Of a stretch of 64,000 nucleotides of DNA, positions 22,605 through 36,060 are shown piece after piece (position 1 is the first letter of the stretch; each line of letters starts with the position of its first letter). Both the position numbers and the translations under genes were made by a program. The notes under the pieces are model-generated. The model made no database searches, was not told where the DNA came from, and saw only the letters and a list, made by a program, of their open reading frames with translations. The DNA comes from Octopus sinensis (Eukaryota): NCBI RefSeq assembly GCF_006345805.1, contig NC_042997.1, positions 76,260,001 to 76,324,000 of the forward strand. Reading direction: 5' to 3'.

Positions 22605-25343
22605 CATCATCATCATCATCATCATTTAGCGTCCGCTTTCCATGCTAGCATGGGTTGGACGGGTCAACTGGGGTCTGTGAAGCTGGAAGGCTTCGTCAGG
22701 CCCAGTCAGATCTGGCAGTGTTTCTACAGCTGGATGCCCTTCCTAACACCAACCACTCCGCGAGTGTAGTGGGTGTTTTTACGTGCCACCTGCACAGGTG
22801 CCAGACAGAGCTGGCAAACGGCCATGAATGGATGGTGCTTTTACGTGTCATCGGCACGGGGCCAGGCGATGCTGGCAACGGACACGAACGGATGGTGCTT
22901 TTACGTGCCACCGACACGGGGCCAGACAGAGCTGGCAAACGGCCACGAACGGACGGTGGCCAGCCGAGGCTGGCAACGGACACGAACTGATGGTGCTTTT
23001 ACGTGCTACCATCCGTTCATGTCCGTTGCCAGCCTCAGCTGGCCCCCGTGCCGGTGACACGTAAAAGCACCGTTCGTTCGTGGCCGTTTGCCAGCTCTGT
23101 CTGGCCCCGTGTCGGTGGCACGTAAAAGCACCAGAGCTGGCAACAGAGCTGGCAAACGGCCACGAACGGACGGTGCTTTTACGTGTCACCGGCACGGGGC
23201 CAGGCGAGGCTGGCAACGAACACGAACAGATGGTGCTTTTACGTGCCACCGACACGGGGGACAGACAGAGCTGGCAAACGGCCACGAGCGAATGGTGCTT
23301 TTACGTATCACCGACACGGGTGCCAGACGAGGCTGACAGCGGACACGAACGGATAGGTCACTTAACCCCTGCTTTCTGATATATGATTTGATTTTGATTG
23401 TTCTCACTGGTCTTGCCGGGTCTTCTCACGCACAGCATACTTCCATAGGTCTCGGTCTCTGGTCATTTCCTTGGTGAGACCTAGAGTTTGAAGGTCGTGC
23501 TTCACCACCTCGACCCAGGTTTTCCTGGGTCTACCTCTTCCACAGGTCCCCTCAACTGCCAGGGTCTGGCACTTTTTCACACACCTATCTTCATCCATTC
23601 TCGCCACATGACCATACCAGCGCAATCGTCTCTGTTGCACACAACATCTGATGCCTCTTAGGTCCAACTTTTCTCTCAAGGTACTTACACTCTGTCGACT
23701 ATGAACACTGACATTACACATCCAACGGAGCATACTAGCTTCATTTCTCGCGAGCTTACGCATGTCCTCAGCAGTCACGGCTCATGTTTCACTGCCATGT
23801 AGCATGGCTGTTCGTACACATGCATCATACAGTCTGCCTTTTACTCTGAGCGAGAGGCCTTTAGTCACCAACAGAGGTAAGAGCTCCCTAAACTTTGCCC
23901 AGGCTATTCTTACTCTAGCCATTATACTTTCAGCACACCCACTCCCACTACTGACTTGGTCACCAAGATAACGGAAGCTATCAACTACTTCTAGTTTTAC
24001 CTCCTGGAAAGTGACGGATGTTGTTTTCTGCAGATTTTCAGAGGTTAATGCTCCCGAGCATCTGCCACATACAAAAACCATCTTCCTAGTTAGCCTTCCT
24101 ATGACATTGCTGCACCTCTTATGTGTCCATAGCTTAAACTTGGTGCATCTTATAGAGTTTCTACCTACACCTTTTCTACAGATCGAGCAGGGCCATCTAC
24201 CTGAAGGCGTTTGTGATTTGTCTACCTTCCTACTTATTACGACTTTGGTTTTAGCTAGGTTGACTCTAAGGCCCTTCGATTCTAAACCATGCTTCCACAC
24301 CTGAAACTTCTTCTCCAGTTCTGATAATGACTCAGCAATTAGAGCAAGGTCATCAGCATAGAGGAGCTCCCAGGGGCATCCTGTCTTGAATTCCTCCGTT
24401 ATTGCCTGGAGGACTATGATAAATAGGAGGGGGCTGAGTACTGAGCCTTGGTGGACCCCTACCTCTACCCGGAATTCTTCACTGTACTCATTGCCAACCC
24501 TCACCTTACTAGCAGCGTCCCTGTACATGGCTTGCACAGCTCTCACTAACCATTCATCTATTCCTAGTTTCCTCATTGACCACCAGATGAGGGATCGGGG
24601 GACCCTGTCGAAGGCTTTCTCCATGTCAACAAAAGCCAGGTAGAGGGGCTTATCTTTGGCTAGGTATTTCTCCTGCAGCTGCCTTACCAGGAATATAGCA
24701 TCAGTGGTACTTTTCCCTGGCACGAACCCAAACTGCATCCCATCTAAACTAACTCTCTCTCTAATTAGTTGGCTATGACCCTCTCTGTAACCTTCATCAC
24801 CTGATCCAACAGCTTGATACCTCTGTAATTATTTGTATCTAGGGCATCACCTTTACCTTTGTAGCAGTTGACTATTATGCTGCTACACCAGTCATTGGGT
24901 ATGACTCCTTCATGTATCACCTGATTAACTATACAGGTGACTAGGCTATAGCCGACACTACCAGATATTTTGAGCATCTCTGCAGTGATACCTGATGGGC
25001 CTGGGGCTTTCCCTGTCTTCATGCTTCTAATTGCCTTAGCTACCAAGGAACTATCAACCCTGATAGCTGGTCCCTCTGTTGGGTCAACGTTCGGCAGACT
25101 CTCTTTATCCCATTCATTTTCTTTATTCAGCAACCTTTCATAGTGGCGTCTCCAAGCCTCTCTCTTTGCATCCTCGTTTAGCGCAAGTGAACCATCTTCC
25201 ATGCGAACACACTTCTCTCCTACCACATCACAATTCTCTCTCACACACTGTCTTGCAACGCGAAACACCTCCAGTCTTTGGTCCTCACGGCGCAGAACAT
25301 TGGCAAATTTTTTCTTATCTGCTTCCCCTCTGGCTAGATAGAC
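22605..25343 (-). mobile_element. 5'-truncated RTE-clade LINE with minisatellite 3'UTR and (ATG)n tail
   Basis: ORF pieces 24765..25268, 23782..24738 (FVDMEKAFDRV, HQGSVLSP, YADD, YLG) and 23404..23778 (GRGRPRKTW); tail at 22605-22625. Confidence 0.92.
22790..23350. repeat. About 60-bp alternating tandem repeat in the RTE 3'UTR with an internal inverted block (23008-23132)
   Basis: Core GGTGCTTTTACGTG(C/T)CACCG recurs; the reverse complement occurs inside the run. Confidence 0.85.
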
Positions 25344-28244
25344 CTCTGCTTAACGTAGAGTTGAAGATTTTGGCCAATGTTTTAGCAAAAAGGTTGGCAC
25401 GGATCGTGGGTGAACTTGTTGGCAAGGCGCAAACTTGCGCCATCCCTGGAAGGACCATCCACGACAATCTCCATTTTCTATGCTATACCTTAGAAAGAGT
25501 AAATAGGATTCCTGGCAAGGGTGGGGCTATTGTCCATTTAGACCAATCAAAAATGTTCAATAGGGTAGACCATCAGTATCTGGAGGCAGTCCTCATGGCG
25601 ACTGGCTTCAGCTCAACCTTCCTTGGATGGATCAACGCTATATACAGCAACTTCAAATTGGTAGTTCAGGTGAACTGTTTCTTTTTGGAGCCATTCTGCA
25701 TTGAACATTCGGTACATCAAGGGTGCCCTCTTTCCCCGCTTCTCAACGTTTTTGCCCTCAAGGGGTGCTCTGCAAGATCTAGGGTGTGGAAAGTCAACTT
25801 CAGCATATTTGGACGACATCACTGTCATCGTATCCTGGGTCAAGCACCTACAGTGGGTAGGTGAGGCCTTAAGGGATTACGAAGCGGTGGCAGGAGTGAA
25901 AATCAACCATGATAAATCGGTTGGCTTGCAACTCAGCACACTGCCTTCTGACAGTGTGATAAGACATTGGACGGAAGGGCCGGTGAAAATGCTTGGAGTA
26001 TGGTTAGGTTCAGATTTCCAGATAGAGAAGAATTGGAGTGAGGTGGTGAGAAAGGTAGCTCTCCTAACTCAGACCTTGTCTGAGTGGAAGCTGTCCTTGA
26101 AAGAGAGGGCGGAGTTTGCAGAGGTGTTTATCGCCTCTGTAATCACTTACTGCCTGCCGCGATTCGTGGCTGAACAAGCTGGAACGCATGCTCTTTTGCT
26201 TTTTGTGGAGGGGAAGCAGACCTCTTGTAAGGTACTCTATTTGCTGCCAAAAGCCACTGAAGGTTGGGCTAGGGATGCCGTGGCTAAAAATGCGTAGACA
26301 TGCGCTCAGGGTTTTAGGCACCTCTGGCTTTACCTGGACGGTGAGCAGGTGTGGTCTCCATTCGTCAAGCTGTTATTTCCACAGTTCACATTGTTTACCA
26401 AACTGAATTCATGGATCAAGTGTAGACCAAGTTTGGGCATGTTGCATGCAGAATGCCATCAGGCACTCATGCTTCTCTCCCAGTCGGGCAGCGCTGGTGA
26501 CAGGGGTACTACCTCATTCTTCTATAGAAGGTTAGTAGAGTTTAAGTGTAATGACGTCCTGAGAGAAACCCTAGGCTTCGATGAAGATCAACTGGCCAAG
26601 TTGTTCCAAAGAACATTCAGGCCGGGGCCTATGGATAATTACCAAAAGTCCCTGGCCTAGCAATGTTACAGAGGAGCTTTACCGGTTCGAGATAAGCTCT
26701 TTAGACATGGGCGTGCACCTTCATTGGTTTGTGCAAGATGCAAGCAGGACAGTGAAACTGTCCTGCACATGATAGTGCAATTCCCGAAGGTGACTGAGCT
26801 CTGGGCTTATGTCGAACACCTGTCGAACACGAGAAGAGTACAATTGTCAAGCGAATCTGTAATTAAAATCATTCCACCAACCTCGCTGAATAAGGAGGAG
26901 CGAGCCTGTTTTCTCTCGGTAGTTGCTGTTGCGAAAGAGGTAGTATGGAAGACGAGAGTGAAAGGAATTGCAACAGGCATGTTCATCTCCAGTCTCGAGC
27001 TATTTGACTTTTTCGTTTTCCACATGAAATGGAAAATAAAGCTGGAGAAGAAATGCCTGTCACAAAGTGTGTTTCATAGAAGATGGAAGTCTATAACAAG
27101 TATGCTGTGAGTGAAAGAACCTGTTTAAACAAAAATATAAAAAGGAGAAAGCAAAGTCTTCAGTGTGAGTATGTGGTTTGTGGGGTCAACCACATCCTCC
27201 GCTTCATTTTTTGTAAATCACTCATTCTCATTTAATTGTATATATTTTGATTGTTTGTTTATTCATACGTTTCGTCTTATTCGATACCCTGACCCCAATG
27301 TTTGTTTTGTCTGTCCTCGTATCATCCCCTCTTTTTCTCAAGCTCATGGTTAATAAAGAAATTGGCTGGAATTGTTTTAGCCGTGTCTTCAAGCTCTTTC
27401 TCTCTGAATCTTTCTCTTCCTATTAAAACAATAAATGTTCAAAATGATTCAGTGTTTCAATTGAAAAACATATACAAATGTATTAGACAGTTTTTGTTTA
27501 GGATATGGTATCCAATATTTGCTGTGGTTGAAAACACAAAACAAACGCCACCTTCCTTTGAGTCACCACTCACTCCTCTCTTATATCTATGTCTCAAGTT
27601 GTAGCTGTATTTCAAAGGGGGCAGCCTTATCATGTTCTGTGTGAGGCTGAATCTCCATGAGAATCACGTTAATGTTATGCCTGTCTATGAAGTACTCAGT
27701 CGTTAGTGAGCTAATTCTATCCTCGTGTGGTAATGAAAAGTGAAACTGATATCCAATATTTGCTGTGTATATGTATCTATGTATGAACTTTTCTTCGGAT
27801 TTATGTATCTACTGTCTCTCTCAGTTTCTCTCTTTCTCTTTCAATTCCTTTGTGTCCCTCTTCTCTCCCGCTTTTGATTTAACAATGTGTATATGTATCT
27901 ATGTATCTAGTTCTCTTGCGATGAACAACGTCACCACTCACTGTCTCTTTCACTTTCTCTCTTACTTCCTCTCTGAAGCATTTGAAAACATAAAATGAAT
28001 GCTGCCACCATTCACTATCTCTTTTACTCTCTCTCTTTCTCTCTCACTCTCTCACTTTCTCTCTCACTCTCCCTTTCTCTCTCTTACTTCCTCTCTGTCC
28101 TCCTCTCTCTCACTTTGCTACTTCTTTGAAGTAAGTGTGACGCATACAACAGGTATGTACAAAAACAAAAAGTTAGTGTATAAATATTATTTATTTTAGA
28201 TCACACCTTGAAAATCCGACAATTGTTTCAATTGCCTTAACATA

Positions 28245-28265
28245 TACATATATATATATACATAC

Positions 28266-28315
<50 letters not shown>

Positions 28316-28337
28316 TCATACATGTATTCATACACAC

Positions 28338-28395
<58 letters not shown>
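28245..28395. repeat. (TA)n microsatellite
   Basis: Direct reading. Confidence 0.9.
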
Positions 28396-28398
<3 letters not shown>

Positions 28399-28401
28399 TA
28401 T

Positions 28402-28795
28402 CATCATCGTTTAACATCTGCTTTCCATGCTAGCATAGGTTGGACTATTTGACTGAGGACTGGTGAGCCAGATGGCTGCACCAGGCCCCAATCTTGATCT
28501 GGAAGAGTTTCTACAGCTAGATGCCCTTCCTAATGCCAACCACTCTGAGAGTGTAGTGGGTGCTTTTATGTGCTACCGGCACGGAGGCCAGTCAGGTGGT
28601 ACTGGCAACGACCTCGCTCGAATGTTTTTTCACCTGCCACCGGCATAAGTGCCAGTAAGTTGATGCTGGTAATGATCACGCCTGAATGGTGCCTTTTACA
28701 TGTCACTGGCACGGAAGCCATTTAGCCACTCTGTCAACAATCACGCTCGGACGGTGCTTTTAGCGCCCCACTAGCACAGATGCCAGTCATCGAAT
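28402..28795 (-). mobile_element. RTE 3'UTR-only copy or SINE sharing that tail
   Basis: Homologous to 22615-22990. Confidence 0.75.
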
Positions 28796-29320
28796 ATATA
28801 TACATACATAATATTGATATTAAAATTAATAATAATATGTATGAAAATTTATGGCAACACAACATTATCAAAGTAATTCATATTGGTGAAATTCTAACTG
28901 AACATCTAAAAAAATTTTAACTGTTAAAATATGCTAACAAAAAGAAACACTGTTCTATATTTAAGAGATGAGGAATCATGTACATTATTTACATTATTTA
29001 TATTCAATGGATATTTGTCTGACAGATGTGTTAACAACAAACAAGATGAGGACAAATATCTGTCGAATGTAAATAAAAAGAAACACCTAACCAAATTTAA
29101 CTTTAGACATTCATTCATCCAACCTAGAGCAATGTCATTGAATAACTAATTTAGTTTATAAAAATAAAATATAAAAAATACCATACTAATTCCATATTTT
29201 TTGACAATATGAAATCTACATAAAAATAAAAATAGCCTTACATAGGAGACAAGTATATTTATCTACTAAATTTGATGATGTCACTGGATATCTAAAAAGA
29301 AAAACTGCTCACAGTTTTTA

Positions 29321-29593
29321 CCATATTTGAACTAACAGCAGCCACTAAACAACTGAAAGCCTCAAAAGCATTTGCTCCCGACAACATCCCAGCTATAATT
29401 TGGAAGGATGATAGATTTCATGTACTTTTGCTCAATCTTTGCAATCACAGACTTTCCACTTTTATAGCTCCAAAGATTTGGCACCAATCTCAAATCATCC
29501 CAATACCCCAAAAACGCGATTTATCCCTCGTCACCAGCTACAGGGGTATATCTCTAATGTCAATTGCTGCAAAATTGTACAACAAACTGATTC
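29321..29593 (+). repeat. 273-bp duplicate of RTE segment 30635-30907
   Basis: Near-identical, with only a handful of differences. Confidence 0.85.
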
Positions 29594-30402
29594 AACGTTA
29601 TGCTTAATAGATAACCGAAGAATAAAAACTACAGATAATAATTCTATGTAATGCTTAATAGAAACTTATATAATTTACAAAACCATAATTAATTACCTAG
29701 TTATTTATTTATTTAATATAATAAATCCTTGTATAGGAATTAACCTTATTTTATAATAACTGAAGAATTATTATATTCAACAACATATAAAACCACCAAG
29801 GATCTCACTGGATAATTAAAAAATAAAAATTATAGAAAAGACTACAAAATATCTATTTATTCATTATAATAAACTCTTATATAGGAATTAACCTTAATAT
29901 ATAATAATTGAAAAGTTATTATAATTAATAATAATATGTAAAATTACTGATGATTACATTTGATAACTAAAGAATAAAGATAAAGGATAATTAAATACCT
30001 ATTTATTTTTATATTATACTCTTTTATATGAATTAAGATTATTATATAATAATAGAAAAAATATTATAATTAATAATATATACAAATCTTGATGATAAAA
30101 ATTATAGATAAGCATTCTACATTATACTTAATTGAAGCTTAAATACTTTACATCACTATGATTAATTAATTACTCACTATATTAAACACTTTAAAAGAAA
30201 TTAACCTTATTATATAATAAATAATTAATTAAAAGATTATATCATTAATAATTGAAATATTTGAATGTCTTTCTAAATTTATAGCAACATCTTAAAGTTA
30301 AATAAAATTAATTTAGAGTTATTAAATATAAATCTTTGGAACAAAGATTACAAGTAGAATTACCAATATTTTACAATGGTGCTTAATTAATAATGGACAA
30401 CT

Positions 30403-33000
30403 TTAACCCATTAGTGTTTAGATCAGCCATAACTGGCCGAAAATTATTCCCCTTTATTTATTTGAACTGGCCAAATCCAGCCATGTCTAATTTCTCTACG
30501 AAATTGCTAAAAGACTAAACAAAACACATTATTGAATTCTCATAGCTTTGAGATCTCTTGGAAAGAATGCCAAAATCCTTGATAACCCCACTCTTCCAAG
30601 TGTGCCTATATCAGATACGCTGGACATCTTTGAACCATATTTGAACTAACAGCAGCCGCTAAACAACTGAAAGCCTCGAAAGCATTTGCTCCCGACAACA
30701 TCCCAGCTATAATTTGGATGGATGATAGATTTCATGTACTTTTGCTCAATCTTTGCAATCACAGACTTTCCACTTTTATAGCTCCAAAGATTTGGCACTA
30801 ATCTCAAATCATCCCAATACCCAAAAAAGGTGATTTATCCCTCGTCACCAGCTACAGGGGTATATCTCTAATGTCAATTGCTGCAAAATTGTACAACAAA
30901 CTGATTCTAAACCATCTCATCCTTTTTGTTGAACCTTTGCTCCAAAAGAACCAAAATGGATTCAGACATGGGCACTCAACGTTGAGCCAAATATTATGCC
31001 TACGCAGACTTATTGAAGAATCAAAAGCATTTAATCACAATCTTGCAATGGTATTTGTAAACTTTTCTAAAGCGTTCGACTCTGTAGATAGGTACAAGAT
31101 GTTTGAAATCCTTAAGCTCTATGGGATTCCAGACAAAATCATTTCTGCCATCAAGGTCCTCTACACAGATACGTCTTCAACCATCTTTCTCAATCAAAGC
31201 CAGAATACTGCAGGGAGACACACTCGCCCCATTTCTCTTCATCATTGTCGTTGACTATGTGCTACGTATGTCAGTTGATACCATTTCTGGTAAGGGCTTT
31301 GAAATAAAACCTAAAAGAAGTTCCAGACACCCAGCTGAATACTTAACAGCCACTGACTTTGCTGACGACATCGCTCTTATCAGTGATTCTCTCTTCAATG
31401 CCCAGTCTCTTTTACAATCTCTTGAACAAGCCTCAAATTGTGTAGGTCTTTACCTCAATGAGTCCAAGACTGAATATGTAAACAAGTGCCTGTCCAACAG
31501 TGATTTCCTCATCCATACTCTCAAACAATACGCCCTTAAATATGGTTTCTGATTACAAATATCTTGGGTCATACATATCATCATCTGAAAAAGATTTTCT
31601 AACTAGAAAGGGTATGGCCTGGTCAGCCTGTAATGATATGCATAAGATCTGGTCATCAAATCTAAGTAGAGATTTCAAACTTAAAATCTTCAAAGCCACA
31701 GTTGAACCAATTCTACTATATGGCTCAGAAACCTGGACGTTATCAAAGAAGCTTGAGAGACAGTTGGATGGAACTTACACTCGCCTCCTTATGAGAGCTC
31801 AAAATCTCTCGTGGAAGCGTCATCCAACCAAAGTACAAATATATGGGAAACTACCACCTGTATCATCTCTTGTGAAAGGTAGAAGAGTCCAGTTTGCTGG
31901 ACATTGTTGTAGAGCTGAAAACGAGGTAATTTCTACTCTTCTTCTCTGGAAGCCATCTGCTTGCGATACCAGAGGGCGCACACTCTCCTACCCTGATGTA
32001 ATCTCCAGGGATACAGGCATCAAGCAACAAGACCTCCGTAATGCTATGATGGACCGTGAAGTTTGGTATAACATAGTAAATTCCATTGTCTCGACCACAG
32101 TCAAACAATGATGATGAGCTTTGAGATAATGTGAGATAAAGCCTTTCCCACCTTTATTCAAGTAAAAATACCATGAAATTTTTTTAGACTTCTTGGTGTT
32201 TTCAACATTTGAAGAGAAGTGTATATCTTAGTTTTTAATGACACTGTGTCTGAAGGTACTGATTCCAACTTTAAAGGTTTTACTCATGGTGATATACAGA
32301 ATATAAACAAAAACAACAGTGATATGTCTTTGGACAAATCATATTGACATTTATGAGTCTTCGTCAGACAAGGAAGATTTTGATAATGAAAGTGATAAAA
32401 ATGAAAGTGATGAAAATAATATTGAAAAAATTATGGCAACATGGTGGAAGATTACTACATCAACCACAATTCCCAATTTCAAAGAAAAGACTAGTCCACA
32501 ATAGTCTACCATCCAATGCTCAACCATTGGACAATTTATTTTTATTTTTACCAAAAGATTTTTTGAAACTGTCGTGGAGGAAACAAATGTTCAATGCATA
32601 ATTTCTAGTCACAGAAGATCCAATCCACTATGGCAGCCAACTGATGCTGCTGAAATGCAAGCTTTTTTTTTACTATAAACATTATGTTTAGTATCAAGCA
32701 GCTTCCTCAACTGTGGACTATTGGATTCCTGAAATAAAGTATGGTGATCCATATATCTCCAGCATTATGTCTAACTATAGTTAATTCATATATTGTGAAA
32801 AAATAAATGAAAGAAAAAAGTTTGCAGACTGTTCGCTGCAAAAAAGAAAAACTACAAAAGGATATCAGTTTGAGACCTCATATATTTTGCAAAGTGCCCT
32901 TGTGAAAAGGATGATTTGGACACTTTCACGACAGAAATATGGCATAACTATATATTTTGTTGTTTGATAGTAATAATATATATTCCGTTCATTTTATTAC
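30403..33000 (+). mobile_element. Decayed piggyBac-like DNA transposon, interrupted by an RTE
   Basis: TTAA-CCC start at 30403; acidic N-terminus; FETVVEETN...WQPTDAAEMQAF...WDYW fragment at about 32520-32730; right terminus not found. Confidence 0.6.
30555..32116 (+). mobile_element. 5'-truncated RTE-type LINE with 11-bp TSD
   Basis: SYRGISL, FSKAFDSV, LQGDTLAP, DFADD, YKYLG, LLYGSETW; (ATG)n tail; TSD AGCTTTGAGAT at 30544-30554 and 32117-32127. Confidence 0.9.
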
Positions 33001-33499
33001 AAATAATATGTGAAAGTGAGAAATACATATTAATTTTCAGAATGTTACACACCTGTATTCACCTTTGCCTCACCTGTTAATGAGCTTTTTTTATTAGATG
33101 CATTCTATTATGTAAATGTATTCATTACATTATATAAGAGTACATAACCAATGGAAAATTGACGAGTAAAAGAGTTTTGCGCTTTATTTTCAATGAAAAT
33201 ATTTGAATGATATATGTAGAGAGAATAAAATCATGTACTGATTACACCTGCATTTTAATTAATTCAAATTCATATACCTCATCTTGAAAAGTGGCAAAAT
33301 TGTTGGCAGTTGACATCAGGGATAATTTTGGTAACAAAGAATTAAGAATTTCAATTTTAGTGTTTGTCGATAATGTGATTGCTTTTACATTTGTTAATTA
33401 AATTTACCTGCCCATAAAAGTCAAATTCAATCAACAAGATCATCAAAAATTTACTTAACTATAATCTACTGGCATATAAGCACCCAATTACAAAATTTC

Positions 33500-34490
33500 A
33501 AATCTGTATTTAAATAATTAACCAAGTTTCAAGCAATAATTCAAAATTACATTTTCTTCTATATTTAAAGGAATTAGAATGATCATAAAAGCTAAATTTC
33601 CATCTGGTAGCAGAAGAACCAATATACCAATACTTATGATGTCTAGTTATTACTTCACACTGATATACTATATTCTTCTTTAAACACTGATTTCCTAAAA
33701 GGCGTTGAGCATCATTTCTATATAATCCACCTCCTAATTCAGGAATTTCTTTACCTATACAATAAAGAATATAAAGACCAACTAAAATAAAGAATATAAA
33801 GACCAACTAAATTGGTAACTTGTGCCAAATCACTTGATTCCATTGTAATATCAAAAAAATCAGGTCTACCAGTTCTAGTCCAATATTTATCATCAAATTC
33901 AATAACTGTTTTTCTAGCCTCTAGAATAATATCAACCTCACTTCTATATAAATACGAATTCTCCATAGTGGAAAACAAAGCTTTATTCAGTAGGATTGGG
34001 TTGATAGATGAGTAATAATTAGAAATATCCAACTGAATAAACTTAGTGTGTTGTTTACTATTAATGCTAGAGAACCAGTCAATAACTTCCAATGAATTTG
34101 ACCACAAAGATAACCTAATGCAGTGTTTAGGAATATATTTATCAATAATAAATTTAATAATCTTACAAATATCTGATTTTGATGGGCAAATCATTCTAAC
34201 TTGGGGAACAGTATTAAAATTAGGCCTATGATCCTTCAAATTAATTCTTGGCATTTTAGGAGTGTAAAGTTTGGTCTGATCATCAACTTGTAGATTTTTA
34301 GCAATGTTTTTCCCAGTTAGGTTGATGTTCATTAAGCTCTCTTTGGAGGTAGTTATATAATCTTTAGTAATTTGTTTTTTAATTAAGGAAAAATAACGTT
34401 CTGGTTCCAGATGATAAAGATTTCCAGTTTTATCTGAATGAACACAAATTCCAAGTTTACTTTTAAATTCCTTCAATAAAAAGTGCAATA
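33500..34490 (-). mobile_element. Penelope-like element fragment (RT plus GIY-YIG, internally deleted)
   Basis: FIQLDISNYYSSI, IILEARKT, FDITMESSD...LVGLYIL, GLYRNDA, IVYQCEV...YIG. Confidence 0.8.
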
Positions 34491-34584
34491 TTTTTTAAGA
34501 TGAGGGTTTCTTTTCATAATATAGAGACTAGCTTAAGGTGACCCGCTCTACGCGCGGGTAAGAGTGTGGTTGTTACTTTCTGTT

Positions 34585-34905
34585 GCTTCCTTCCAGCACG
34601 TAAAAAGCATCATCCGAACGTGGCCGATGGAAGCGCCACCTTGACTGGCTTCTGTGCCGGTGGCACCTAAAAAGCACCAACCGATCGTGGCTGCTGCCAG
34701 CCCCCCACCTGGTACCTGTGCCGGCGGCACGAAAAAAGAACCCACTACACTCACAGAGTGGTTGGAATTAGGAAGGGCATCCAGCTGTAGAAACACTACC
34801 AGATCAGACTGGAGCCTGGTGCAGCCTCCTGGCTTCCAAGACCCCGGTCAAACTGTCCAACTCGTGCTAGCACGGAAAACGGACGTTAAACGATGATGAT
34901 GATGA
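34585..34905 (+). mobile_element. RTE 3'UTR-only copy or SINE
   Basis: Reverse complement of the 22605 tail; ends (GAT)n. Confidence 0.75.
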
Positions 34906-35685
34906 TTCTCCCTCTTTGTTTCTCTCTCACTTCCCCACTCTCTTACTCTTCCTTTCTCTCAAACTCTCTCTCGCTTTCTCTTACTCTCTATCTTTATCTA
35001 ACACTCTCCCATTTATAAACAACAAAAGATCTTGAGTAAGGTGAGAAAGAATATATTTTGAAAGATCAATCATAAATATCAGGCAGTGACAACGGAAAGG
35101 TCTGCTTCAAGGCAGACAGCAAAACACTAACATTTAAAAGGGACAGACGAAATTGCGAGCTGAATAAAAATAATAAAATATTGGAAACCAAAGTTTGAAG
35201 GGATAGAATCTGAGGATAGTAGAGTGACCATGGCTGGCATTTCTTAACGACTGACAGCAACGTATTGACAGCAACGGCTGGCGTAAAATTTTGAACTTGA
35301 TGTAAAAGAAAATTCCTAAACACCAAGTTTGAAGTGATTCTATCTCACGAAAGTAGACTCACCATGGCAAGCATTCAAAACTTCTTCATCATGGACGGCA
35401 ACACATTGACGATTAAAAGGCTGGCGCAAATTTTTTAGCTTGATGTAACAGAGAATTCCTAAACACCCGCTCCTGTAAATTTTAATCCCCTTCCAGCCCC
35501 ATTTAGACCGCTTTTCACATTTTGGTTAATATCAACCGATTTCATTCGGGTCTACTGGGGTCACATTTTATAAGATGAGGAATTTCGTCCTAGAGGTCAC
35601 GCCTTTCATTTGAGGAAAAAAATAGTTGTCATGCAAACTCGCCAGCACTTTTAACATAGGTGTGCATCGACCACATAATGCACAC

Positions 35686-35734
<49 letters not shown>

Positions 35735-35779
35735 GTGTGTGTGTGCATGCATTATATATACAAATGTATACAAATTACA

Positions 35780-35903
35780 TAAATTTTTAAATTTTATATT
35801 TTATATATTTTGTATATTATATTCTTACTTTTATGTTTTGGTTTATGTTTTTCACTGTTTGATTGCCTATTAGTGGTTTTTATCTCTAATTTAATTTATA
35901 TAT

Positions 35904-35939
<36 letters not shown>

Positions 35940-36060
35940 CATAAATTAAATTAGAGATAAAACCACTAATAGGCAAATCAAACAGTGAAAATCATAAACC
36001 AAAACATAAAAATAAAAATATAATATACAAAATATATAAAATATAAAATTTAAAAATTTA
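35780..36060. repeat. About 120-bp inverted repeat pair with (TA)n spacer
   Basis: 35780-35900 is the near-perfect reverse complement of 35941-36060. Confidence 0.85.

Larger units (their letters stand above)
21625..27361 (+). mobile_element. 5'-truncated Tx1-group LINE (second subfamily), split by an RTE insertion
   Basis: APE end (SYSDHKL, GYWKLN) at 21625-22604; RT resumes at 25344 (LLNVELKILA); ORF2 C-terminus to 27110; 3' end GGTTAATAAAGAAA at about 27361. Confidence 0.85.

Noticed and set aside
22790-23350. CRISPR-like array
   Set aside because: Eukaryotic LINE 3'UTR; the units are contiguous variants with no unique spacers and no cas genes.
232-26660. Repeated Trp-to-stop changes (232, 2184, 15177, about 26658) as APOBEC-like hypermutation
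   Set aside because: TGG reaches a stop by a single transition, and I saw no clustered G-to-A runs.
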